Of a DNA stretch of 64,000 nt, positions 63,665-64,000 are shown piece after piece (position 1 is the stretch's first letter; each line of letters opens with the position of its first letter). The stretch lies in NCBI RefSeq assembly GCF_963921235.1, contig NC_086118.1:19346001-19410000 (forward strand), read 5' to 3'. This DNA is from Mobula hypostoma. Lineage: Eukaryota. The notes beneath the pieces are model-generated. The model was given only the letters and a program-made list of their open reading frames with translations. It was not told the DNA's origin and made no database searches. A program made the position numbers and the translations under genes.

Positions 63665-64000
63665 AGACTTTTGCTATAGAGCTCGAAAAAAGCGACATGG
63701 TGGATTTTTAACATTGTAAACCACCGAGTTGATTGTTATGTCTCCCTGCTCGCTGGGAAAAATGGAGACACCTCTTTTACCCTTATTAGGGAGAGGGACA
63801 ACCTGTGGTATGTCAAATACTGGGTGAAACACAAAGTCTTTGGGGTAACTGCAAGTCCGTGTCTTTGCTGGTTGTTTTTTGCCGGTGGGCAGAGGGGGGA
63901 TTGTGGCTCGCTGTTGCTTACGTGAGGGAGGGGGTGGGACTTCGGGGTTCTAACATTTAACTGTCATTCAATCTTTGGGGCACTCTTCTGTTTTCATGGA
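63665..64000 (+). mobile_element. Third copy of the 35795-36606 family (runs off window end)
   Basis: Matches about 36155-36530 ('gagctc.gaaaaa', 'aaatggagaca', 'ttctaacatttaactgtc'). Confidence 0.82.

Overview
Repeat-rich, AT-rich vertebrate genomic DNA. The repeat families (Penelope-like termini 'cacacaaaatgctggaggaactcagcaggccaggcagcatctatggaaa', CR1, Rex/Babar, tRNA-SINEs) point to a cartilaginous fish, probably a ray; this is inferred from the repeats. I can support no intact host gene, so the window looks like a large intron or gene desert of nested transposon relics with a few enhancer-like unique islands. Main finding: a complete LTR-to-LTR Gypsy element (17277-20288, 5-bp TSD GTTGC) in which most of pol is replaced by an intronless fragment of the host splicing-factor mRNA RBM25, consistent with gene capture by an LTR retrotransposon. 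Also present: minimal hammerhead ribozyme motifs in Penelope termini, TSD-flanked fold-back insertions that turn at the ribozyme, a young CR1 inserted antisense in another CR1, BEL/Pao and chromovirus relics, and hAT, Tc1 and piggyBac-type DNA elements. All family assignments come from reading the sequence; no database searches were run.
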